Below the pieces are notes generated by a model. It was not told where the DNA came from, ran no database searches, and saw nothing but the letters and a program-made list of their open reading frames with translations. This document shows, piece by piece, positions 25,521-33,334 of a DNA stretch of 36,520 nt (the stretch's first letter is position 1; each line of letters begins with the position of its first letter). A program made the position numbers and the translations under genes. Source of the stretch: Octopus bimaculoides (taxonomy: Eukaryota); contig NC_068981.1 in assembly GCF_001194135.2 (NCBI RefSeq), forward strand, positions 160,870,016 to 160,906,535. The letters run 5' to 3'.

Positions 25521-26384
25521 TTGTGTGTCTGTGTTTGTCCCCCAACATCGTTTGACAATTGATGCTGGTGTGTTTACGTCCTTGTAACTTAGCGGTTCGG
25601 AAAAAGAGACTGATAGAATAAGTACTAGGCTTACAAAGAATAAGTCCTGGGGTTGATTTCTTTGACTAAAGGTGGTGCTCCAGCATGGCCACAGTCGAAT
25701 GACTGAAACAAGTAAAAGAGTAAAAGAGAGTGCTGTTATAAGACTATAATATTAAGTTTCTTGTATTACTCCTCTCTTTACAGCTAATCTGGGTTTCCAC
25801 AGAGTGGGTTCCACAGAGTGGGTTCCACAGTGAGTTTGCTTGTGAGTAATATTGACTGTAGTAGGCACCACAAGGATCATTTGTCCCAGCTCTACTGGCA
25901 TGCTCGGTACTGTCTCTCACAAGTTTGCCTCTGTTAGGAACTGCTATAATGGTGGCTATGTTGGGTGTGATATCTATGCTGTTGGGGGAAAGACCCTCTT
26001 TTATTCTTTTACTCTTTTACTTGTTTCAGTCATTTGACTGTGGCCATGCTGGAGCACCGCCTTTAGTCGAGCAAATCGACCCCGGGACTTATTCTTTGTA
26101 AGCCTAGTACTTGTTCTATCGGTCTCTTTTGCCGAACCGCTAAGTGATAGGGGCATAAACACACCAGCATCGTTTGTCAAGCAATGCTCTGAGTTCGAGT
26201 TCCACCGGTTTCTTTTATAGGCGCAGGAGTGGCTGTCTGGTAAGTAGCTTGCTTATCAGCCACATGGTTCCAGGTTCAGTCCCACTGCATGGCATCTTGG
26301 GCAAATGTCTTCTACTATAGCCTCGGGCCGACCAAAGCCTTGTGAGTGGATTTGGTTGACGGAAACTGAAAGAAGCCCGTCATA

Positions 26385-26432
<48 letters not shown>

Positions 26433-29400
26433 TGTGTGTGTGTCTGTGTTTGTCCCCCCTAGCTGATAAGCATTTTGCCCAGAGCACTAACGACTCTACC
26501 AGCTTCTGGAAGAATAACCTAGGGATATTAGTTTTAAGATCATGAGTGAAGGGTGGGCACAAACCATGTGCTGATTCCTCCATCCTCTCCCAGTGTTGGA
26601 ACATATATTTCCCTCAGAAGAGATGTGATGTGTTCTCAGCCCCTCCCAAACTCTGCTAGACTTGAGATTTTGGGCCAACCCATTTGAGCTCCTGAGTTCA
26701 CCATAGTGAAGGCAGTGGTTGGTTCTCCCAGGAGGAGTTCCTAAAAAATTTTGAGCTTGCAGCTCCCTCTTGGGAAATGGCATTGTTCAGGGCCACCTTG
26801 GAACACTTCATAATTGTATCCCTATTATCCTTACATTTCTTAAGGATTCATATATGGAAGAATTTAAACCTTCCTTCCTTCCTTCCTTCCTTCCTTNNNN
26901 NNNNNNCTTCCTTCCTTCCTTCCTTCCTTCCTTCTTACCTACCTACCTACCTACCTACCTACCTACCAACCTACCTAGCTACCCACCCATGCTTAAATGT
27001 ATATAGTTAATTACTTCCTTAAATAATTTTAAATCCATCTCTGCTTGAATTAAATAAAATGTTATATTTACGTGAACTTCAGTTAATTGGAATTACACAG
27101 ATTGTTGGTTTGGTTTCTTTCTATGAAACTGTGTACAAGTTAATGTATCTGTTATCACCACATAATTGTATTCACTTAAGCTGATCATGTTTTCACATTC
27201 AAATTATCTTTTTTTTATCATAAATTTTGTTGACTTTTTTTTTTCAAAGCAGGTTTAATTAATATAATACTGTTAGAACGTATTTAATTAATTTTATACC
27301 AAAAGAGTAGAGTTAATTAATTTGATACTGACAGTAAAAAAATTTTTAAATATTAATGACTGTTAATCTCATCTCTGCCACTTCTCAATAAATCTTTATA
27401 TAAAACAAAATGCTTACGTTACATTGTCAAAATATATTATAATTACATTTACAAAAACATGGAAAAGTTGTGTTTTATAGAAGAAGAATATATTGGTGGT
27501 AATAATAGTTTAAATTGTAATCATTCTCATCATTTTACATCAGTATTCCATGCTGGCATGAGTTGGATGGGTTGTAACACTTTGAGTCAATTATTATTTG
27601 AAGTTAGTGAAAGCGCGTGGCTTAGTGGTTAGGGCATTCGGCTCATGATCGTAAGGTCATGAGTTCAATTCCCGGAGACGCGTTGTGACTTTGAGCAAGA
27701 CACTTTATTTCACGTTGCTCCAGTTCACTCAGCTGGCAAAAATGAGTAGTACCTGTATTTCAAAGGGCCGGCCTTGTCACACTCTGTGTCATGCTGAATC
27801 TCCTTGAGAACTATGTTAGGGGTACACATGTCTGTGGATTGCTCAGTCACTTGCACGTTAATTTCATGAGCAAGCTGTTCTGTTGATCGTATCAGCTGGG
27901 ACCCTCGTCGTCGTAACTGATGGAGTGCTCCTTCATTTGAAGTTATTTCCCTCTTAGATATGTTGAAAGACTGCATCTTGCTCATAGTTTCATTTTTGGT
28001 TTGGTTTTTATGGTCAACAATTGACCAACAACTTTCTCTTTATGTATATATATGTGTGTGTGATAATGTGTATATACTAGAATGAACACTATCTAAAGAC
28101 AGCGTATTTGGTTTTATGTATGATAATTAATTAATGCATGTTCTTGTTATATGTGTGTGTGTGTGTGTGTGTGTGGAGGTGCATAGCTTAGTGGTTAGGG
28201 TGTTGGACTCATGGTCATAAGATTATGGTTTCAATTCCTGGACTGGGTGATGTGTTGTGTTCTTGAGCAAAACACTACATTTCATGTTACTCCAGTCCAC
28301 TCAGCTGGTAAAAATGAGAAATCCTGAGGTAGACCAGCATCCCATCCAGAGTGGAATATATGCACCAGAGAAGCCAGGAAACCACCCCTTTGCTCCTTAC
28401 GGAGTAATGTGGACTAACCACACATGCATGTATACACATACACATTTATATATATGCATGTGTGTGTTTGTTTATTACCCTTTTTTTCTATTTGCAGTAT
28501 TTATAAATCCCTCTTATTTTTCCATATTCTTTTCAGTAATCTTCCTCTCTCTCTCTCTCTACACAATAACCTATTGACATTAGAATTTATACTGTTCCTT
28601 ATTAAAATAGACACTGTCTCCAACCTCACTTATCCCTTCATTTTGCTTCCAGGTCTCTCTACTTCTCTCATTCCTTTCTCTTTTTTAAGTCAGGTTTTTA
28701 TCTTGACATCTTATACTTTCTTTTCTTTTTTTTTTACATTCAATCCCTTGCACATACTCTGTACAACCAGAAGGAATTCTGGACAGAAAAGAAATTATTT
28801 TAAGATATACATAACTTACTGTAGTTGTTATTTAGTCTTAGTTTAGTCATTAACTAGTAGACATATGATAAAGATATTTTAGGTGTAACTATTTTTCTAT
28901 TCTTTTCTTTTTGTAAACTTGGACTGTTAAAACTGTAGTGTATTTTGAGGAAGATTTGGCTGCTACTTTTTGCATGTTGAGCTGCTCAGAGGCTGGCATC
29001 TCTGCCCATATGAGTTCATGCTAATTGTATTGTGTGCAGGTGTGAGTGTACGCACTGGCACTGCGTTAGTCAATGTGTGTGTATTGGTCTCACTGTGTGC
29101 CTGTATGTTGATGTTATGGTGTGTGATTTCAATGAGATTTGGTATTTTTGTTAGGTTTAGCTATCATCATTCATTGACTGAAACCCACCCACACATTCAT
29201 ACATACACACAGTGTAATGTGTGATTTAAGAGGTAGCCATGTATCTCCTCTACTGCAAGACATCTATTCAAGCCAATCCTTCTATTCAAGCCAATCCCTC
29301 TATTCAAGCCAATCCCTCTATTCATATTCTAATCTCTCATCAACTGGCATAAAGCCACCTCTCTCAGTACTCTCTCCCAGTCAGTTGAGGGGTCTTGTCT

Positions 29401-30376
29401 TGCAAGTTACTTGGTGTTCTCACTGCTGTTAGTTCCAAATAAAAAGTACCCAGTACATTCTGTAAAGTGGTTGACATTAGGAAGGGCATCCAGCTGTAGA
29501 AACCATGCCAAAGTAGATAATTGAGATTAGTACAATGTATAGACACATAGTAACTCACTGATTAATGTGCCTGTGTGTGTGCATATACACACACACCCAA
29601 AGCAATTTACATGGACTCAGTGGCTAAAATAGATTCCAGATTCTCAGCAGTTGCTCAAGCTGCTTGAAATAGTAGTTTGAACTTATACTTCAACTGAATA
29701 AATTGTGCAAAACATCCTGCTCGAGGTTAATCACACAGTACATATAAAAAGATATTTTTCTTCAGCCTACCAGGCCTTTAAGACAATATCTCTCATTCTT
29801 ATATATAAGGATATGTACTGAAGATAATTATCTTCTTAATGATCCTGCAAGTGATGCTTTAGAATTCATCTTGTAATTATTCAGTTGTAAAAGCTTTTAA
29901 TTAGATAGAATTATTTCTAATGATCCAGACATAATCATTGTTAGTGACTAGCTTAAATTATTTTTGTTAATTTATCTGAAATTATTTGTTCTGATTCTTC
30001 TAAAACCTACCAACACATTCCAGCCTCTGGAATAGATCTGTCTCCCCTCTCTGCCCTGGTTGCTGACTCTTGGTATCAGCCAATCTTTTGTAACCTCCAC
30101 TCAGGTACTCCTGTCTCAACCTATATTATGTTTACCCCATCTTAACAGCTAACCCTTTTCCTCCAGAATATTGGCCTTCTGGAATTCGCTTCTCACAATT
30201 GTTCAAGACTATTAGCCATGTTGACGTCACTAGTCTCAGTGGGCTTGCAAAGTTTCTTCTTCCAGGATAATAAAAAGACAAACTGTTTTTGAACATGTTT
30301 GTATGAAATTTTAATGCTCCTACTACACTATTTCAGAGTTTGTGTAGTTTTTTGATTAAACCAGTTGTATTTAATT

Positions 30377-30431
<55 letters not shown>

Positions 30432-33290
30432 CACACACACATATCTCATAATCTACATCTTCAAATATTTCAGGATTCACCTCTAGCTATTTCAATTGAC
30501 ATTGAACCCTCATTTATTGCTTTGGGCCCATCACATCTTGCTGTTGGCATGAACAATATAGCATGGTTTTACCATCTTGAAAAAGGTGAGTTAATAAATT
30601 TTTCAGCTGAGAAAAAAGTTCATTTTTGTTGTTAAATATCTTTTATTGTTAGAACATCTCTGTACTTACTAAGAATAATTTGAATCTGATAGCCAAGTGA
30701 ATGGAATGAACAGGTTAGTAGAGAATAGATTGAGACAGAAATAGAGAATAAAGGAGAATATATAATCGAGTATTTAGCAACAATAAAATAGAGAATATAG
30801 TAGAGAATGTAGTTACAATGGAATAGAGAATATAGTAGAGAACAAAATAGAGAATAGTGTGAGGGAGGAGTAAGGAATAGAGTGATATTAGAATATAGAA
30901 GAGTATAGTGTAGGAAGCAGAATGATGAATAGTGTTGATAATGTTATAGTGAACAAAGAAGGAAATAGGATAGAGAATTTAATAAAGAATAGTTAAGAAG
31001 AATGCACTGTAGAGTTTAAAGTAGATGATAAAACAGAGAATGAGTAAAAAAGTGGGTAGAAAGTAGAGGGATAGTGTTGAGCAGGGGTGAGCAGCTTTTT
31101 TCTTGCAGCAGACCTGAGATATTTTTTTTTCATAAATTTGATCATACTACAAAATTAATAATTTAATATCACATGTTGTTATAGAGTACTCCATAAATCA
31201 TGTTGAACAAACTACAAAACCAAAAATAGTCTGACTGACAGAGTGTATTAATTTTAATAAAATATGTTTATGTAATCATGGCATAATATGTGTCATGTAA
31301 GCAGTCATTGAGAGCTGCTTGTGGTTCAAATATCACTGGTTGCCCATGCATGGTGTTGAGCAGTGGTTCTCAATCAGGGTCCATATGACCCTTAGGGATC
31401 CATATAAAAATTTTGTTGTTAAAATTCATGTGCAATAAATTGCTTATACTTCTATAATACACAAAATATTTTAATTTTTTTTATACAATTCCCAATAATG
31501 TTTAATCATAAAAATACTGTGTTTTTTTATTATATACAGTAAATGGTTCTAGAGATCCAGTATAGTAAAATAGGAATCAAAGATGTCCATAGTCAATAGA
31601 TGGTTGAGAATCACTAGTGTGGAGAGAAAAGAAGAGAATATAATATAGAATATTGTCTAAGATTGGTTTAAAATTTGTAAATTGTCTTTGATGCTGCTCC
31701 AGACAATGAGACTAATGTATGTAAGGCCAAGGTAACAGCAACATGGCTAATTACTTGAGGCACCACATGCTAAAGGGCACCTCTTGTTGTGTTTGAGATC
31801 TTCCAAATATAAAGGGAAAGTTTAAGTGTTATTCACAGACGTGATCTCTTGAATGGACTATCTATTGCAGAAGAATTATTTCCATGAGATGGAAAACGTC
31901 TGAGAGAAGCTGACAGATTCATCAACAATAATAATTTATTGAATGATGTGCTAAATCTGTGGATTTCATTATGAATAATGCTTTTGATTCCTTTAACTTT
32001 GGTCCCATGAAAGTTAAACTTTTAGCCAGGTAAAGCTTATGGAGACATCTATTGCCTTCCATGACTCAAGACAAATTAGATTCTTTGGCAATTTTGTCAA
32101 TGATAAATGATATTGTTCGAAGAGTAGATTTATAAACAAAATACTATAAAAACATTTGCAGAGATGTGTTTCAGAATAATCTGATTTTCAACATCTGTTC
32201 TTTTGCTCATATTTTTAATTACGAAAAATTTATTCCCTCAACAGGAAATCAACGACACTCTTTGGAATCTCTCACTCACCTATCCTCCATTCAGCACTTG
32301 TCTCAAAATTGTCTAGACCATTTCTAATTATGTAGATATGCTCCCCACTCGCTAGTCTTTTCCTTATGTAGTTACATGAATGAAAGTATTTGAACCTTTT
32401 ATGCTGAGTTTGAACTGTTCTCTTTAGCTTGTATATTGTAATAAATGCTTTATTTCTATATTTGAAGCTTGTCCTCTGTGAAAATTAAAAATATGTATAG
32501 GTGCAGGAGTGGCTGTGTAGTAAGTAGCTTGCTTACCAACCACATGACTCTGGGTTCAGTCCAACTGCATGGCACCTTGGGCAAGTGTCTTCTACTATAG
32601 CCTTGGGCCGACTAAAGCCTTGTGAGTGGATTTGGTAGACAGAAACTGAAAGAAGCCTGTTGTGGTCCCAGGAATTTTTTAAAGGGAGGGCACAAGGTCA
32701 GAGGCAAATACAATTCTAGGAGAAAAGTGCATAATTACATTATTTAGAAGGGCACACTTCTTTTTTTCAGGGTGGGGGGCAAGTGTCCCTCAGGTTCCCC
32801 CTTGGGTCTGCCCCTGACATTTCACTTCAAATGACTCATTGTGTCTTGATGGGTGGAGTCATGTCACAGTCTTATTTCTCCTTTATGAGGCTAAAATCTT
32901 GTACCTGTGTAAGCACGGTATATGCTGAAAATGTGACATCAGAAAATGATTGGGGAGTATACCATATGAAATTACATTTCATATGGTATACTCTTAGCAC
33001 CATCTTCTGGTATATTTATCAACACTATCTTCTTAATCTTCATTATTATAATTAACATTTTGATGTCTGTTTTCCTTTGTTGTAATGTGTTAATGCAATG
33101 AAGTATTGCCTGGGATACTTGTGTAAAAGAGCTGAATATTAAAATTGGGTCTATTTTTTTGTCTATTTTTCACTGCTGTCAAGGTGACAAGAAGCTACGA
33201 GAAGTAGACTATGTGGGTAGTGTCCAATCCCTAAAGATGAATGCCATTTATGTGGCTGCACATATAGGAGATAAAATTCATCTGCATATT
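263..33290 (+). CDS. WDR19: WD repeat-containing protein 19 / IFT144, 5' part (12 coding exons, 450 codons, continues beyond window): join(263..268,4401..4492,6313..6378,11694..11819,13565..13663,14635..14848,15859..15971,18875..18956,20510..20601,21915..22155,30474..30585,33184..33290)
   Basis: Manual splicing at GT-AG sites gives a stop-free frame: [45 protein letters not shown]...[11 protein letters not shown]...[25 protein letters not shown]...WTEDGQL...VFLTKLP...LTSLLEVTV...[12 protein letters not shown]. This matches the N-terminus of human WDR19 as I recall it ([66 protein letters not shown]). Intron phases are consistent throughout. Confidence 0.96.
2156..2599. repeat. Long inverted repeat: 210-bp arms (2156-2365, 2390-2599), 24-nt spacer
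   Basis: Direct reverse-complement comparison: inner ~155 bp identical, 5 mismatches in the outer ~55 bp. Confidence 0.95.
3971..4180 (+). mobile_element. Degenerate tRNA-derived SINE (family B core) with a cccc..aaatttcaggccttgt tail
   Basis: B-box-like gttcaaatct, core actttacctttcatt...gattgattaaataa..ctggggt resembles the copies at 14011 and 16767. Confidence 0.65.
4401..4492 (+). CDS. WDR19: WDR19 coding exon 2 ([31 protein letters not shown])
   Basis: Polypyrimidine tract plus tttgcag acceptor, 92 nt, GG|gtat donor; homology to PIQFAWQKTSGNYLAVTG. Confidence 0.93.
5120..5260 (+). mobile_element. Degenerate 3' fragment of RTE-like LINE (family C)
   Basis: gtggttgtcattaggaaggccatccaactgtagaaactgtgccaaa matches the copies at 7480, 16240 and 29465. 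Confidence 0.65.
6313..6378 (+). CDS. WDR19: WDR19 coding exon 3 ([22 protein letters not shown])
   Basis: tttttcag acceptor, 66 nt, GG|gtaag donor; DRHG motif. Confidence 0.94.
7140..7645 (+). mobile_element. 5'-truncated RTE-like LINE 3' end (family C): ORF C-terminus, 3' UTR and (GAT)n tail
   Basis: Translates [34 protein letters not shown], the GRP.KTW...D....L.....DR..WR C-terminal signature of RTE-type ORFs. Ends in ...ggacgttaaataatgatgatgat. Confidence 0.8.
8265..8870 (-). mobile_element. Degraded RLE-type (R4/Dong-like) non-LTR retrotransposon C-terminus
   Basis: Minus-strand remnants: KCRL(C)NQYNETI..IISIC zinc knuckle; KKWHKHVP..V; SDIII; [23 protein letters not shown]; [14 protein letters not shown]. 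Frameshifts and stops present. Confidence 0.75.
9235..9305 (+). mobile_element. Extreme 3' tail of family C element with (GAT)n, preceded by (TA)n at 9193-9233
   Basis: catgctagcatggaaggcagacgttaaacaatgatgatgat... equals the terminus of the 7645 and 16387 copies. Confidence 0.75.
9547..9797 (+). mobile_element. Family A SINE, 3' half
   Basis: (TA/TG) tract then tgtttgtc..cagcatcgcttgacaaccgatgctgg...gactgaaacgagtaaaagagtaa, matching 25520-25730. Confidence 0.85.
10068..10628. mobile_element. piggyBac-like TTAA MITE interrupted by a family C insertion
   Basis: Starts TTAAcccattagcatttaaaccggccatatcc, the reverse complement of the 14529 end. It runs to 10272 and resumes as ctgaatgataaaggatta at 10610-10628. 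Confidence 0.65.
10273..10605 (-). mobile_element. RTE-like LINE 3' end (family C)
   Basis: (ATC)n tail at 10273-10305 and a 3' UTR matching 7480-7640. Minus strand translates [22 protein letters not shown]. Confidence 0.85.
10975..11121. repeat. 21-bp GC-rich minisatellite (ccaccactgccgctgccatcg) x7
   Basis: Units start at 10975, 10996, 11017, 11038, 11059, 11080 and 11101; one substitution in the last copy. Confidence 0.97.
11122..11430 (-). mobile_element. RTE-like LINE 3' end (family C), older copy
   Basis: catcatttaatgtcc...ggatgtccttcataatgctaaccactttacagagtgtactgg matches the reverse complement of the family C 3' UTR. Confidence 0.75.
11694..11819 (+). CDS. WDR19: WDR19 coding exon 4 ([27 protein letters not shown]...DSGMK)
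   Basis: ttttcag acceptor, 126 nt, AA|gtaagt donor; MDWD.DGDVLA motif. Confidence 0.95.
11870..12710. repeat. Complex ~100-bp minisatellite, ~9 copies, with embedded (CA)n and (GGT/GTT)n
   Basis: The anchor catatacaaaatgtgtc recurs near 11875, 11978, 12081, 12170, 12274, 12383, 12481, 12578 and 12678. Confidence 0.9.
13565..13663 (+). CDS. WDR19: WDR19 coding exon 5 ([33 protein letters not shown])
   Basis: tttttcag acceptor, 99 nt, AA|gtaat donor; WSK.G..LA.GT.KGNLL.YNH motif. Confidence 0.93.
14011..14241 (-). mobile_element. Full-length tRNA-derived SINE (family B) with 20-bp target-site duplication
   Basis: Minus strand: A-box-like ggcagaaacgttagc, B-box gagttcaaattcc, core gactttgcctttcatcctttcagggtcgattaaataagtacc. 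Flanked by tatggattct(t/a)agagtttct at 13991-14010 and 14242-14261 (19/20). Confidence 0.9.
14299..14532. mobile_element. piggyBac-like non-autonomous MITE
   Basis: TTAA at both ends; termini tactttagcatt... and ...aaatgctaaggggTTAA; same family as 10068 in opposite orientation. Confidence 0.7.
14635..14848 (+). CDS. WDR19: WDR19 coding exon 6 ([25 protein letters not shown]...[10 protein letters not shown])
   Basis: atttcag acceptor, 214 nt, ACA|gtaagt donor; lies within ORF-track entry 14555..14860. Confidence 0.95.
14891..15040 (+). mobile_element. Degenerate family A SINE 5' half
   Basis: ggcacaagcatagctgtgtagttaagaagttcacttcccaaccac...gatttagtagatggaaactgaaag resembles the 25331 and 32500 heads. 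Confidence 0.65.
15859..15971 (+). CDS. WDR19: WDR19 coding exon 7 ([38 protein letters not shown])
   Basis: atttcag acceptor, 113 nt, TG|gtagg donor; PDNP..L.F...G.I..Y.W motif. Confidence 0.94.
16100..16387 (+). mobile_element. RTE-like LINE 3' end (family C) with (GAT)n tail
   Basis: ccagctgtagaaaccatgccaaatcagactgg...ccatgccagcatggaaagtggatgctaaacgatgatgat. Confidence 0.85.
16767..17021 (-). mobile_element. tRNA-derived SINE (family B) with duplicated head segment
   Basis: Collinear with 14011-14241; taac(a/g)tttctgccag(c/a)tctgtgaagt occurs twice at about 16956-17021. Confidence 0.88.
17681..18332. repeat. Compound microsatellite (CT)n[gap](CT)n(TA)n..(CA)n spanning the N gap 17773-18199
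   Basis: Read directly from the sequence. Confidence 0.95.
18772..18824. repeat. (CCAT)n tetranucleotide repeat just upstream of the exon 8 acceptor
   Basis: Read directly; degenerate CCAT-like units extend back to about 18565. Confidence 0.9.
18875..18956 (+). CDS. WDR19: WDR19 coding exon 8 ([27 protein letters not shown])
   Basis: ttttctctag acceptor, 82 nt, CAG|gtatg donor; GDG.I.IGFS.G.FV.ISTH motif. Confidence 0.95.
20510..20601 (+). CDS. WDR19: WDR19 coding exon 9 ([31 protein letters not shown])
   Basis: gtttcag acceptor, 92 nt, AG|gtaaat donor; aligns with [28 protein letters not shown]. Confidence 0.92.
20744..20990. repeat. (CA)n microsatellite and CA-rich decay region, with a 10-N gap at 20803-20812
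   Basis: Read directly from the sequence. Confidence 0.92.
21915..22155 (+). CDS. WDR19: WDR19 coding exon 10 ([18 protein letters not shown]...[25 protein letters not shown]...[15 protein letters not shown])
   Basis: tcttcag acceptor, 241 nt, AAT|gtgagt donor; several diagnostic motifs. Confidence 0.96.
22170..22758. mobile_element. Tc1/mariner-derived foldback MITE made of two inverted 3' ends
   Basis: TA flanks at 22168-69 and 22759-60; TIRs c(a/g)agggygagtcaaaaagtaatgcc. Arms encode a mariner transposase C-terminus: [35 protein letters not shown] (left, minus) and [23 protein letters not shown] (right, plus). Confidence 0.92.
23390..23490 (-). mobile_element. Possible RT remnant of an RLE-type (R4/Dong-like) retrotransposon
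   Basis: Minus strand [29 protein letters not shown] resembles the EQKG.R.GS.GCKDQLLI.K RT motif of this clade. Confidence 0.45.
23580..24125 (-). mobile_element. Degraded reverse transcriptase fragment of an RTE-like LINE
   Basis: Minus strand: [18 protein letters not shown]; [24 protein letters not shown]; [10 protein letters not shown]; [13 protein letters not shown]; [15 protein letters not shown]. Frameshifted. Confidence 0.92.
24261..24381. mobile_element. 121-bp MITE-like element with 36-bp terminal inverted repeats
   Basis: 24261-24296 atcatactattctattctacatactaacatgaaaca pairs with 24346-24381 (2 mismatches). Confidence 0.7.
25331..25730 (+). mobile_element. Family A SINE, near full length (tRNA-like head, internal (TG)n, (gtaaaaga)n tail)
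   Basis: ggtgcaggagtggctgtgtggtaag head, B-box-like gggtccagtccc, 10-N gap at 25454-25463, tail aagtaaaagagtaaaagag. Confidence 0.9.
26004..26188 (-). mobile_element. Family A SINE 3' half
   Basis: Reverse complement of the 25540-25730 segment. Confidence 0.9.
26220..26460 (+). mobile_element. Family A SINE 5' half (head, (TA)n, ends tgtttgtccccct)
   Basis: ggcgcaggagtggctgtctggtaag...; stops exactly where the 26188 half begins. Confidence 0.9.
26869..26985. repeat. (CCTT)n-(CCTA)n compound tetranucleotide repeat, with a 10-N gap at 26897-26906
   Basis: Read directly from the sequence. Confidence 0.92.
27613..27932 (+). mobile_element. tRNA-derived SINE (family D), near full length
   Basis: A-box tggcttagtggttagg, B-box gagttcaattccc, then ttgagcaagacactttatttcac..ctccagttcactcagctgg and ~200 bp of body. 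Confidence 0.85.
28173..28320 (+). mobile_element. Family D SINE 5' part, more diverged
   Basis: tagcttagtggttaggg...ggtttcaattcctgg...cttgagcaaaacactacatttcatgttactccagtccactcagctgg. Confidence 0.8.
29263..29324. repeat. 18-bp tandem repeat tctattcaagccaatcc(c/t) x3.4
   Basis: Units start at 29263, 29281 and 29299, with a partial copy at 29317. Confidence 0.92.
29410..29515 (+). mobile_element. Family C internal 3' UTR fragment
   Basis: aaagtggttgacattaggaagggcatccagctgtagaaaccatgccaaa. Confidence 0.7.
30474..30585 (+). CDS. WDR19: WDR19 coding exon 11 ([38 protein letters not shown])
   Basis: atttcag acceptor, 112 nt, G|gtgagt donor; [17 protein letters not shown] motif. Confidence 0.95.
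31361..31616. mobile_element. hAT (Charlie-like) MITE
   Basis: TIRs cagtggttctcaatc / ggttgagaatcacta; 8-bp TSD gtgttgag (31353-60) vs gtgtggag (31617-24). Confidence 0.85.
31984..32135 (+). mobile_element. Degraded hAT transposase C-terminal dimerization-domain remnant
   Basis: Across frameshifts: [36 protein letters not shown], resembling the ERSFS.LK.IK..LRS.M.Q.RL..LAILSIE signature. Confidence 0.55.
32500..32661 (+). mobile_element. Family A SINE 5' half
   Basis: ggtgcaggagtggctgtgtagtaagtagcttgcttaccaaccac...gaaactgaaagaagcc. Confidence 0.88.
33184..33290 (+). CDS. WDR19: WDR19 coding exon 12 ([35 protein letters not shown])
   Basis: Pyrimidine tract then aag acceptor, 107 nt in the required phase 1, ATT|gtaagt donor; aligns with [34 protein letters not shown]. 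Confidence 0.9.
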
Positions 33291-33334
33291 GTAAGTATAT
33301 ATTGGTGTGAGTCTTTTTGTTTATATTTTCACTA

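Noticed and set aside
27613-27690. Functional tRNA-Met gene
   Set aside because: Anticodon and T stems are mispaired and the sequence continues into a SINE body shared with 28173.
32662-32820. Possible GC-rich-TIR MITE truncating the SINE at 32500
   Set aside because: Only the right terminus (cccccttgggtctgcccctg) is clear; the left TIR and TSD are not evident.
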